From Candidatus Rokuibacteriota bacterium (GTDB lineage: Bacteria; Methylomirabilota; Methylomirabilia; Rokubacteriales; CSP1-6), in contig DAIRVP010000001.1 of assembly GCA_036802765.1 (NCBI GenBank), forward strand, positions 2,153-66,152: 64,000 bases of DNA. Reading direction: 5' to 3'. The notes beneath the pieces were generated by a model. That model did not search any database, had not been told where the DNA came from, and saw only the letters and a program-made list of their open reading frames with translations. Of this stretch, positions 47,463 through 56,438 are shown piece after piece. The first letter of the stretch is position 1. Each line of letters opens with the position of its first letter. The translations under genes and the position numbers were made by a program.

Positions 47463-48413
47463 GTGAGCCAGCAACAACTTCTGCTCCTGCTGGTCGGGGT
47501 GCCGCCGACGCCGTCGAGCCTGCGCGTGCGCGTGTGGCGGCGGCTTCGCTCCCTCGGGGCCGTGCCGCTCAAGCGCTCGGCCTATCTGCTCCCCGACACG
47601 CCCGACCGCTACGAAGACTTCCAGTGGCTCGCGCAGGAGATCGAGCGAGACGGCGGCGACGCCACCTTGGTGCGAGTCCAGCAGATCGAGAACGCGAGCC
47701 CGGCGGACGTGCTCGGGCTCTTCCACGAGCCGCGCGACCGCGACTACAAGCACCTCGCCGCGCGCTACAGGAAATTGCTTCAAAGCCTCGACCGGAAGAC
47801 GGCGGCGGCGAGCTCGCGCGTCCACGACGAGCTCGCGCGGCTTTCGAAGGAGCATCAACGGATCCGCGAGATCGACTTCTTCAGCGCCCCCGGTGGCGCC
47901 GAGGTGAGGCGGCTCGAGGAGGCGATCGCCATGCGTGTCAGACGTCCGGAATCTGCTCGTCCCGAACCCACCCCGACCCTCGACCTGACGAAGCTGCGCG
48001 GCCGCCGCTGGGTCACCCGGCCTCGGCCGCACGTCGATCGGGTCGCGTCCGCGTGGCTCATCAAGCGCTTCATCGATCCCGCGGCGGTGTTCGTCTTCGC
48101 GCCGCCCGCCGAGTTTCCGAAGGACGCGATCGCGTTCGACGCCCCCGGCGTGGAGCTCAGCCACCACGGCGAGGACTGCACGTTCGAGACGCTGGTCAAG
48201 CGCGCGCGCCTGCGCGACCGGCGCCTCACTCGCCTCGCCGAGGTCGTCCACGAGGCGGACTTGCGCGACGGCAAGTTTCCGCACGAAGAGGCGCGCGGGA
48301 TCGATGTCGCGATCCGCGCATTGCTCGCCGCGTCGCCGGACGACCAGCAGGTGCTGACGCAGGGCATGGCGATGTTCGAAGGGCTGTACGCGACGACGCC
48401 ACGGAGAGGCTGA
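47463..48413 (+). CDS. ChrB-domain (chromate-resistance regulator-like) protein
   Basis: Chrome_Resist-like. GTG start. TTGACA-N17-TTTCAT lies upstream. Confidence 0.7.
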   Translation: MSQQQLLLLLVGVPPTPSSLRVRVWRRLRSLGAVPLKRSAYLLPDTPDRYEDFQWLAQEIERDGGDATLVRVQQIENASPADVLGLFHEPRDRDYKHLAARYRKLLQSLDRKTAAASSRVHDELARLSKEHQRIREIDFFSAPGGAEVRRLEEAIAMRVRRPESARPEPTPTLDLTKLRGRRWVTRPRPHVDRVASAWLIKRFIDPAAVFVFAPPAEFPKDAIAFDAPGVELSHHGEDCTFETLVKRARLRDRRLTRLAEVVHEADLRDGKFPHEEARGIDVAIRALLAASPDDQQVLTQGMAMFEGLYATTPRRG

Positions 48414-48509
48414 GTTTTCTGCCCGGCAGTCGCCGCGCCGCCGTGTACCAGGACCGTCCGTGATTCGACGACCTCGTCGTCCGCGGCCAGAGTCTCTCGC
48501 GCTCGGCCT

Positions 48510-48920
48510 CTAGCAGCAGCCTCCCGACGGCGTCTTGCGCTCGACCAGCTCGAGACGCGTGTCGTCCGGGCCCTTGAGGAATGCGATGCGCGGGCCCTTG
48601 GGCACCTGCGTCGGGCCCTCGAGCAGCGTCGCCCCCAGACCTCTCAGGCGCGCGATGTCCGCTTCGATGTCCTGCGAGTCGAAGCCGAAGTGTTCCAGGC
48701 CGTGGTGCGGGTTGGCGTCGCCCGCGCCGAGCCGCTCGTTCGTGCGGGCGCCGGAGATGTTGACGGCGAAGCCGTCTTCACTCGTGCAGCGCACGAAGCG
48801 ATCGCCGAACACGCGCGTCTCGTCGCTGACGATCTTGAAGCCGAAGGCGCTGACGTACCACTCGGCCGTCTTCCGCGGATCCGGCGACTTCAGATGGATG
48901 TGGTTGATCCGATAGGGCAT
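48510..48920 (-). CDS. VOC/glyoxalase-family protein
   Basis: MPYRINHIHLKSPDPRKTAEWY... Confidence 0.7.
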   Translation of the reverse strand: MPYRINHIHLKSPDPRKTAEWYVSAFGFKIVSDETRVFGDRFVRCTSEDGFAVNISGARTNERLGAGDANPHHGLEHFGFDSQDIEADIARLRGLGATLLEGPTQVPKGPRIAFLKGPDDTRLELVERKTPSGGCC

Positions 48921-48956
48921 GAGGTCACCTCCGGCCGGGTATCGTACAATGCGCCG

Positions 48957-49775
48957 GTGCGACTCGGCCTGGCCCTGCCCACCACGACGTCGGACGGGCG
49001 TCCCCTCACCGGCGCCGCCCTGATCGCCGGCGCGCGCGCGATCGAGCGCGCGGGCTTCGACAGTCTCTGGTGCTTCGACTCGATCGGGCGCGGCTTCATG
49101 ATCCCGGATCCGCTCATCGCGGTGAGCGTGGCCGCGACGGCGACCGAGCGACTCACGCTGGGCACCGGCATTCTTCAAGTACCGCTGCGACGTCCGGTGG
49201 AGCTGGCGCACCGCATCCTCACCGCGCATCTGATCTGTGGCGACCGCCTGCTGCTCGGCGTCGGCGCGGGCTCGACCAAGGCGGATTTCGACGCGGTCGG
49301 CGTGGATTTCGAAACGCGCATGCGGCAGTTCGAAGACGCGCTGGCGCTGATGCGACGACTCTGGCAGGGCGAGAAGAGCGGCCCCGCGCAGCTGAACCCG
49401 TGGCCGGCGACCATCGGCGGGCCGAAGCTGCTCATCGGCTCGTGGGCGGGCAGCCGGTGGATTCCGCGCGCGGCGAAGGATTTCGACGGCTGGGTCGGAT
49501 CAGGCGCGCGCAGCAGCGTCGCGGCGCTGCGTGATGGCATCAAGCGCTTCCGGGAGGCCGGCGGGCGGCGCGCGATCGCCACCAACATTCCCGTGGATCT
49601 CGACTCGCCGACCGCGCCGATGCCCGACGAGGGGCAGTTCCACCTGCGCTGTGACGCGAAGACCGCCGCCGAGCGGCTCCGTATGCTCGCCGATCTCGGC
49701 TTCGACGACGCGGTGCTCGTGACGCGCCGTTACGGCGACGACGATCTGGCCGCGCTGCGCGCGCTTATCCGATAG
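48957..49775 (+). CDS. LLM-class (luciferase-like) flavin/F420-dependent oxidoreductase
   Basis: GTG start proposed. Confidence 0.7.
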   Translation: MRLGLALPTTTSDGRPLTGAALIAGARAIERAGFDSLWCFDSIGRGFMIPDPLIAVSVAATATERLTLGTGILQVPLRRPVELAHRILTAHLICGDRLLLGVGAGSTKADFDAVGVDFETRMRQFEDALALMRRLWQGEKSGPAQLNPWPATIGGPKLLIGSWAGSRWIPRAAKDFDGWVGSGARSSVAALRDGIKRFREAGGRRAIATNIPVDLDSPTAPMPDEGQFHLRCDAKTAAERLRMLADLGFDDAVLVTRRYGDDDLAALRALIR

Positions 49776-50649
49776 TTTTCGCGACCTCCTTGTCGGTCTT
49801 CCTGACGTCGTCGAGCACGTCGCCGATCCTCAGCCCGGCGCTCCGCGCAAACGCAGCCCAGCCCTGGCCCGCCTTGCGAGCGGCGAGAACACGGTCGAGG
49901 GCTTGCTGGCGCGTGCTCTTGTTGTGCTTCATGAGCTGCTGCGAGAACGCGAGCGACGCGCTGATTTCGCCATACCCGAGCTTCCGATCACGCAGGTCGG
50001 TGATCAGCTTTTCCTGAACGCTGTACTGCTTCGCGAGCAGCGTCGTCATGCGTGCGCGTCCGTCCGGCTTGGCGGTCAGTTTCGTGGTGTCGGTGTCGAG
50101 CCGCTTCTGCTCCGCCCACAGCTCTTCGGACAGCTTGCGCTCGGCATCGGTGAGCGTCACCGCGGCCGGCACCGCTTTCGGCTCGGGCTGCGCCTTCGGC
50201 GCCGTCTGCACGCTCGCCACCGTCCGTGGCTGTGAGGCCGCCTCGGTGCGCGGCGCCTCGGTGCGCGGCGCCTCGGCGCGCGGCTGTGCCGGCGACGCGT
50301 TCTTCTGTTGCTGTGCCGCGGTCATGGTCCACGCAGGTGGTGTTCCAGGCCGCGACTGTGGCGCCGCCGCGGTCCGCGATGGTGTCGCGGTCTTGGTCGT
50401 CTTGGTCGGCTTTTGCATCTGGACCATCACGACGACCGACACGATGCCAGCAACCATGGCCGCCGCGCCGACCGCGCCGGCCCAGTAGCGAACCGAATCT
50501 CGTGCCGCTCCCGTGCGTGCCTCCCGCGCCGCCATGCGAGCCTCCCCGCGCCGATACTGCGCTGCGGGCCCTGCGCGGACACTCCGCCCCGGGCCCGGCG
50601 CGAGGCTCCCGTGCACCGCACGTGCCACATTGCGAGCGCGGAAAATCAT
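49765..50649 (-). CDS. Membrane-anchored hypothetical protein with a low-complexity Ala/Pro/Thr-rich region and EAPRT repeats
   Basis: The start may be the internal Met at 50535. Confidence 0.4.
   Translation of the reverse strand: MIFRARNVARAVHGSLAPGPGRSVRAGPAAQYRRGEARMAAREARTGAARDSVRYWAGAVGAAAMVAGIVSVVVMVQMQKPTKTTKTATPSRTAAAPQSRPGTPPAWTMTAAQQQKNASPAQPRAEAPRTEAPRTEAASQPRTVASVQTAPKAQPEPKAVPAAVTLTDAERKLSEELWAEQKRLDTDTTKLTAKPDGRARMTTLLAKQYSVQEKLITDLRDRKLGYGEISASLAFSQQLMKHNKSTRQQALDRVLAARKAGQGWAAFARSAGLRIGDVLDDVRKTDKEVAKTIG
50241..50285. repeat. 15-bp tandem repeat x3 (cctcggtgcgcggcg) inside the hypothetical gene
   Basis: Encodes EAPRTEAPRTEA. Confidence 0.55.
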
Positions 50650-50817
50650 CGACCGCTATGGTTCTCGAGCGTGGGCAACGCTAGCGGTGCGCGGGACGTG
50701 ACGATTCGACGCGGAGCCACGCGTCATGCTGACACGTGTGCCGGCGCGGATCCGCCGGTGGCGACGCCGTTCCCCAACCCTTTGAGTTGCCCACGCGTTT
50801 GTTGTCAGGGGACGGCG

Positions 50818-50832
50818 TGGCACTCTTTCTGC
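50818..50832 (+). promoter_or_regulatory. sigma54-type -24/-12 promoter (TGGCAC-N5-CTGCA)
   Basis: 30 nt upstream of the ATG at 50862. RBS GGGAGGA lies between them. Confidence 0.5.
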
Positions 50833-50861
50833 ACGATGCCGCGACCCGGGAGGAACGATCG

Positions 50862-51308
50862 ATGACCCGCACGTGGCCGCTCCTCACTGTTGCGCTCGTT
50901 GTTGTCGAGCTGCTCGCCGCCGTCGCGGCGGCTGGTGACGTGAACATGAACATCGATCTCGGCTGGCCGCCGCCGCTGATCGTCGAGAAACCGCGCGTGA
51001 TCGCGGTGCCGGACACCCGCGTCTATCGCGCGCCGAATCTCGAGTTCAACGTCTTCATGTTCGGCGGCAAGTACTACAGCCAGCACAACGATCAGTGGTT
51101 CATGACGGTGAAGGTCGGCGCGCCGTGGACGCCGGTCGTCTATGAGCACGTGCCCGTCGAGGTGCGCGCGGTGCCGGTGAAGTACTACAAGATCCCGCCC
51201 GGCCACGCCAAGAAGATGCGGGACCGGAATGACGACGACGACCAGGGCCGTGGCAAAGAACACGGCAAGGGCTGCCCCCCGGGTCTGGCGAAGCAAGGCC
51301 GCTGCTAG
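50862..51308 (+). CDS. Small secreted hypothetical protein (148 aa, signal peptide, C-terminal Lys/Asp-rich tail)
   Basis: MTRTWPLLTVALVVVELLAAVAAAGD... Confidence 0.5.
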   Translation: MTRTWPLLTVALVVVELLAAVAAAGDVNMNIDLGWPPPLIVEKPRVIAVPDTRVYRAPNLEFNVFMFGGKYYSQHNDQWFMTVKVGAPWTPVVYEHVPVEVRAVPVKYYKIPPGHAKKMRDRNDDDDQGRGKEHGKGCPPGLAKQGRC

Positions 51309-52372
51309 ATCGCGTCCGCGATCGCTTTCCCCAGATCCGTCGTCTTGTCCTTGCCACCGAGGTCGGGCGTCCGCGGGGCGCCCGACCTCGGCTCCAACAG
51401 GGTCTCGATCGCGCGCACGATCGCCGCACCCGCCTCCGGATGTCCGAGGTGCTCGAGCATCATGGCCGCCGCCCAGATCTGACCGATCGGATTCGCGATG
51501 CCCTTGCCGTAGATGTCCGGCGCCGAGCCGTGCACCGGCTCGAACAGCGACGGAAATGCGCGCTCGGGGTTGATGTTGCCCGACGGCGCGATCGCAATCG
51601 TGCCCGTGCACGCTGGACCGAGGTCCGACAGGATGTCGCCGAAGAGATTCGACGCGACGACGACGTCGAACCAGTCGGGATGCTGCACGAAGTGCGCGCT
51701 GAGGATGTCGATGTGGAACTTGTCCCACTTCACGTCGGGATACGTCTTCGCCATCGCCTCCACGCGCTCGTCCCAATACGGCATGGTGATCGAAATGCCG
51801 TTGGACTTCGTGGCCGACGTCAGGTGCTTCTTCGGTCGTTTCTTCGCGAGCTCGAACGCGAACTTCAGAATCCGATCGACGCCCTTGCGTGAGAACACCG
51901 ATTGCTGGAACACGATCTCGCGCTCGGTGCCCTCGTACATCCGCCCGCCCACGCTCGAGTACTCGCCCTCGGTGTTCTCGCGCACCACGAAGAAGTCGAT
52001 GTCGCCCGGCTTGCGGTCCGCCAGCGGCGTCCGCATGCCCGGCATGAGGCGACAGGGACGAAGATTCACGTACTGATCGAAATCCCGGCGGAACTTGATC
52101 AGCGAGCCCCACAGAGAGACGTGATCCGGCACCTTCGCGGGCCAGCCGACGGCGCCGAAGAAGATCGCATCGTGGCGGCCGATCTGTTCCTTCCAGTTCT
52201 CCGGCATCATCGTGCCGTGCTGCAGGTAGTAGTCGCACGACCAGTCGAAGTGATCGAGCTGCAGCTCGACCTTGAACTTTCGCGCCGCCGCGTCCAGGAC
52301 GCGCAGGCCCTCGGGCACGACTTCCTTGCCGATGCCGTCGCCCGGAATCACCGCGATCTTATGCTTCGCCAA
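51305..52372 (-). CDS. Tartrate/D-malate dehydrogenase-like (isocitrate/isopropylmalate dehydrogenase family)
   Basis: IAVIPGDGIGKEV... TTG start proposed with GGGGAGGG. A possible longer form starts at 52444. Confidence 0.75.
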   Translation of the reverse strand: MAKHKIAVIPGDGIGKEVVPEGLRVLDAAARKFKVELQLDHFDWSCDYYLQHGTMMPENWKEQIGRHDAIFFGAVGWPAKVPDHVSLWGSLIKFRRDFDQYVNLRPCRLMPGMRTPLADRKPGDIDFFVVRENTEGEYSSVGGRMYEGTEREIVFQQSVFSRKGVDRILKFAFELAKKRPKKHLTSATKSNGISITMPYWDERVEAMAKTYPDVKWDKFHIDILSAHFVQHPDWFDVVVASNLFGDILSDLGPACTGTIAIAPSGNINPERAFPSLFEPVHGSAPDIYGKGIANPIGQIWAAAMMLEHLGHPEAGAAIVRAIETLLEPRSGAPRTPDLGGKDKTTDLGKAIADAI

Positions 52373-52989
52373 CTCACCCTCCCCGACGGCGTCTCGACGT
52401 GCGTCGAGCCGTCGCCCTGATAGACGTAGCGGAACGTCAGACATCCGGGTCGCGCGCCCGGACAGTAGTATCCGATGATTTGCATCTTGGCGTAACGGCC
52501 GTCCGCCGTCCGCACCGCCCACACGTGCGGCTTCGGACTCAGCACGTGCGTGAAGAAGCCGTAGTGATACCACGATGCGATGGCGGGATTGCGCGGCTCA
52601 CCGCGGCTGTCGTTGGCGAGGTAGCCATCTGCGGGCACGTCGCGGACGTCGTCGAAGCGTGTGTCGCCCAGATCGCGGATCCCCGCACCGACACCGGCGA
52701 CGATCGAGTAGCGGCGAAAGCCGAGATCACCGGTCCCATCGACGACGGAGCCGAGCCGGAACGAAAATGCGCGCCACGCGTCAGGCGCGGTGGCGTCGAC
52801 GGTGTAGACGACCGGCCCGACGAGCGCAGCGCCGACATCGTGTGGCGCGGGCGCCGTCGGTGACCAGGTCGGCACCATCGGCTGACGCAGCGTCAGCGCC
52901 ACCAGGATCACGGCGCCGAAGATCAGACCCGCGACGGCCAGCGCCGGCACGAAGCGCCCCATGCGCGAGATGCTAGCATCGGGGTTCAT
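52348..52989 (-). CDS. Membrane-anchored hypothetical protein
   Basis: One N-terminal TM segment, then a 180-aa domain. Confidence 0.4.
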   Translation of the reverse strand: MNPDASISRMGRFVPALAVAGLIFGAVILVALTLRQPMVPTWSPTAPAPHDVGAALVGPVVYTVDATAPDAWRAFSFRLGSVVDGTGDLGFRRYSIVAGVGAGIRDLGDTRFDDVRDVPADGYLANDSRGEPRNPAIASWYHYGFFTHVLSPKPHVWAVRTADGRYAKMQIIGYYCPGARPGCLTFRYVYQGDGSTHVETPSGRVSWRSIRSR

Positions 52990-53818
52990 GACCTCAGGAC
53001 AGCCCGCGCCGCTTCGCCACGAGACCTACACGCACGGCCACGCGCCCGCAGTGGTGCGCCAGCACGCGCAGCGCACCGCCGACGAGGCCGCGGCATTCCT
53101 GCTGCCGTCGTTGCGGCCGGGCATGCGCCTGCTCGACGTGGGCTGCGGTCCCGGTAGCATCACGCGCGGCCTGGCCGAGCGCGTGGCGCCCGGTGAGGCG
53201 ATCGGTCTCGATCTGTCGAAGGACACGCTGGAGGACGCGCGCCGCGACGCCGCCGCGCGCGGGCTGACGAATCTGAAGTTCCAGGAGGGCAGCGTCTATG
53301 CGCTGCCCTTCGGCGACGCCGCGTTCGACGTCGTCTACGCGCACCAGGTCTTCCAGCACCTGCGCGAGCGCGACGCGGCGCTGCGCGAGATGCTGCGCGT
53401 GCTGCGCCCTGGCGGGCTCGCCGCGGTGCGTGACGTCGACTGGGGAACCGCCGCCTACTGGCCGCGCGATCCCCGGCTCGATCGGTGGATCGAGCTGCAC
53501 CGCGACGCGTGGTATCGCAACGGCGGCGAGCCGCTCATGGGCCGTCAGCTTCGTGCGCTGTTCAACGCCGTCGGCGTCGACGATCTGGAGGTCACCGCCG
53601 CGGTCTGGTGCTACACCACACCGGACGACACGATCGCGTGGGGCGATGCGTACGCCGACCGCCTGCTCACGTCGCCGATGGGCGGCCGGCTGGTCGAGTA
53701 CGGCATGGTGACGCGCGCGGAGCTCGAGGGCATGGCCGAGGCGTTCCGGGCGTGGGCGCGCCACCCAGACGCGCTCTGGTCATTCATTCACGTCGCCGCA
53801 TTGGGTCGCAAGCGCTAG
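52961..53818 (+). CDS. Class I SAM-dependent methyltransferase
   Basis: LLDVGCGPGSIT motif I. Confidence 0.8.
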   Translation: MREMLASGFMTSGQPAPLRHETYTHGHAPAVVRQHAQRTADEAAAFLLPSLRPGMRLLDVGCGPGSITRGLAERVAPGEAIGLDLSKDTLEDARRDAAARGLTNLKFQEGSVYALPFGDAAFDVVYAHQVFQHLRERDAALREMLRVLRPGGLAAVRDVDWGTAAYWPRDPRLDRWIELHRDAWYRNGGEPLMGRQLRALFNAVGVDDLEVTAAVWCYTTPDDTIAWGDAYADRLLTSPMGGRLVEYGMVTRAELEGMAEAFRAWARHPDALWSFIHVAALGRKR

Positions 53819-53864
53819 CTCAGGCCGCAGGCGCTAGCAGCGACGGCCGGCGTCTCGCGCTATC

Positions 53865-54362
53865 ATGCGCGCCATGCCGAACGATCTCTCGATCGCCGGC
53901 GCGCTCGGCGCGCTGCTCAAAGACCGCAAGCAGACCGTCGCCGTCGCGGAGTCGTCCGCCGGCGGCCTCATCTCGGCTGCGCTGCTCGCCGTGCCCGGCG
54001 CCTCGGCGTACTTCCTCGGCGGCAGCGTCATCTATACCCAGCCGGCGCGACGCGCACTGCTGCGCATCGGCGACGATGCCGTGAAAGGCATCCGCTCGAG
54101 CACGGAAGCCTACGCGCAGCTCAAAGCCAGAACCGTGCGCGAGCTGCTCGGCGCCACGTGGGGCCTGGCCGAGACGGGCGCGAGCGGACCGACGGGCAAT
54201 CGTTACGGCGATGCCGCCGGCCACGCCTGCATCGCGGTCGCCGGCCCGGTCGAGCGCGTGATGACGTTGGAGACGGGCGTCGTGGATCGCGAGAGCAACA
54301 TGTGGGCGTTCACGCGTGCCGCGCTGAAGCTGCTGGAGGACGCGATGCGCGCAGCCGGCTAG
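53865..54362 (+). CDS. CinA C-terminal-domain / PncC-like nicotinamide-nucleotide amidohydrolase
   Basis: ...TVAVAESSAGGLIS... Confidence 0.75.
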   Translation: MRAMPNDLSIAGALGALLKDRKQTVAVAESSAGGLISAALLAVPGASAYFLGGSVIYTQPARRALLRIGDDAVKGIRSSTEAYAQLKARTVRELLGATWGLAETGASGPTGNRYGDAAGHACIAVAGPVERVMTLETGVVDRESNMWAFTRAALKLLEDAMRAAG

Positions 54363-55864
54363 GCGGGCGGGCGCCGAACGTCTACGCGGAGCAGCGTGAC
54401 CGAGTGCGAGGGCGCCGTGAGCGACAGCGCCGTGCCACGCGCCTCCAGCTTTCGCTCGCGCACGTCCACCGCGCGCGGCGTCTCGAACGAGTTCGTCGCG
54501 CCGACGTCGGGTCCGTTCACTTCCCACGCGCTCGCCGCGCCAGCGAACTCGGCGCCGGCGAGCTCGAGCGTGACCGGCAGATCGCGGTCCCGATCGCGGT
54601 TGACCAGCGCTACTGATAGCGCGCGACCCGGCTCGTCGCACGTGGCGCTGGCATCGACCAGCGTGAAGGGACCGAGGTCGGCGACGTGATGCACGCGGCC
54701 GTCGGGCGATTCCTGCTCGGCCCGCAGATCGCACGTCTCGCCGTCGACGTGGACGTCGAGGGCGACGTCCTGCGTGTGCTCGGCGTAGAGCCGCAGCGGG
54801 TGATAGATGGTTTGTAAGAAGAGTCCCTTGGGATTCGTGAAGATCGGGGCGATCGCGTTGACGAGCTGCGCGAAGTTCGCGATCCGTACCGCGCGGCACT
54901 GGCGAATGAATCCGTTCAGGTAGGCTGCGACAGCGAGCGCGTCGGATAGCGTGTAACGCTCCTCGACGCCGCCCACGCGATCCTCGTGGCTGCGCGTGCG
55001 CCACCAGACGTTCCACTCGTCGAACGCGATGTGGATGGGGTGCGCGATCCGCTGCGTGTAGCGGACGCGCTCGATGAGCGCCGCGCAGATGCGGATGGCG
55101 CGCTCGGCCTGGTGCGACTGGAACACCGTCGCGTAATGATCGGGGCCGCCGGTGTAGAGATGAATCGAATGGAAGTCGATGAACGGCGCCAGTCCGTTCA
55201 GCGTGATCTCGTCCCAGTCGCTCCAGCCGTCGCGTCCGCAGCCGATGAGCTGGATCGACGGATCGGTGCGCTTCATGACCATCGCGAAGGCGCGCGCCTT
55301 CTTGACGTAATCGTGGGCGTTCATGTTGCCGATCTGCCAGGCGCCGTACATCTCGTTGCCGAGCCCCCAGTAGCGCACGCGATAAGGCTCGGGATGACCG
55401 TGCTGTCGACGGAGATTCGCCCAGGACGTGTTGCCGGTGCCGTTGCAGTACTCGACCCACGCCTGCGCCTCGTCCATCGTGCCGGAGCCCATGTTCACGC
55501 AGATGAACGGCTCGGCACCGAGCACGCGACAGTACTCGATGAACTCGTCGGTGCCGAACCGATTGGACTCCTCCGCGTACCACGCCAGCTCGCTGCGCCG
55601 CGGCCGCTTGTCCTTCGGACCTACGCCGTCGAGCCAGTGATAGCCGCTCACAAAGTTGCCGCCTGGCCAGCGCAAGATCGGAATACGCAGGGGCCGCGCG
55701 GCGTCCAGCACGTCGCGCCGAAAGCCGCGCGCATCGGCGAGCGGCGAGCCCTCGTCGTAGATACCGCCGTAGATGCAGCGGCCGAGATGCTCGATGAACT
55801 GCCCGAAGATGCGACGATCCACGACGCCGAGCCGCCGCGCGAGATCGATGCCGACGCGAGTCAT
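54359..55864 (-). CDS. abfA: alpha-L-arabinofuranosidase, GH51
   Basis: RWPGGNFVSGYHW...GLGNEMYG motifs. Confidence 0.85.
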   Translation of the reverse strand: MTRVGIDLARRLGVVDRRIFGQFIEHLGRCIYGGIYDEGSPLADARGFRRDVLDAARPLRIPILRWPGGNFVSGYHWLDGVGPKDKRPRRSELAWYAEESNRFGTDEFIEYCRVLGAEPFICVNMGSGTMDEAQAWVEYCNGTGNTSWANLRRQHGHPEPYRVRYWGLGNEMYGAWQIGNMNAHDYVKKARAFAMVMKRTDPSIQLIGCGRDGWSDWDEITLNGLAPFIDFHSIHLYTGGPDHYATVFQSHQAERAIRICAALIERVRYTQRIAHPIHIAFDEWNVWWRTRSHEDRVGGVEERYTLSDALAVAAYLNGFIRQCRAVRIANFAQLVNAIAPIFTNPKGLFLQTIYHPLRLYAEHTQDVALDVHVDGETCDLRAEQESPDGRVHHVADLGPFTLVDASATCDEPGRALSVALVNRDRDRDLPVTLELAGAEFAGAASAWEVNGPDVGATNSFETPRAVDVRERKLEARGTALSLTAPSHSVTLLRVDVRRPPA

Positions 55865-55890
55865 GCGCGGAGTCTACAATACCGGCCGCC

Positions 55891-56403
55891 ATGCTGGTGC
55901 GCGTCCTCGGCCCAACAGATGCCGCGGCATTTCGCACGCTGCGAATCCGCGCACTGCGCGAGCATCCCGAGGCGTTCGGGCGCACGCCGGAAGAAGTCGA
56001 CTCGGTCGAGGTGTGGACGGAGCGGCTCCGTGTCGACACTGGCTCGGATCTCGACTTCGTGCTCGGCGCGTTCGAGGCCGACATGCTCGTCGGCACCGCG
56101 GGGTGTCATCGCGATCACGGCGCCAAGCAGCGCCACATCGTCTATGTCTGGGGAATGTATGTCGTCCCCGACCAGCGCGGCAAAGGCCTCGGGCGTCGGC
56201 TTCTGCTCGCCGCGCTCGAGCGCGCTCGCGCGTGGCCCGAGGTCGAGCAGGTCTGGCTCGACGTGACGACCGGCAACATCGCCGCCCGTGCGCTCTACGT
56301 CGCGTGCGGATTCACGTCGATCGCCATCAAGCCGCGTGTGCTCAAGGTCGGCGACCACTATCACGACGAGGAGCTGATGGCGCTTGCGCTGAAACCGTCG
56401 TAG
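55891..56403 (+). CDS. GNAT-family N-acetyltransferase
   Basis: ...VPDQRGKGLGRRLL... acetyl-CoA-binding motif. Confidence 0.75.
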   Translation: MLVRVLGPTDAAAFRTLRIRALREHPEAFGRTPEEVDSVEVWTERLRVDTGSDLDFVLGAFEADMLVGTAGCHRDHGAKQRHIVYVWGMYVVPDQRGKGLGRRLLLAALERARAWPEVEQVWLDVTTGNIAARALYVACGFTSIAIKPRVLKVGDHYHDEELMALALKPS

Positions 56404-56438
56404 AGTCGCGCCGATCGCGTTTTCACCGAGGAGGACTC

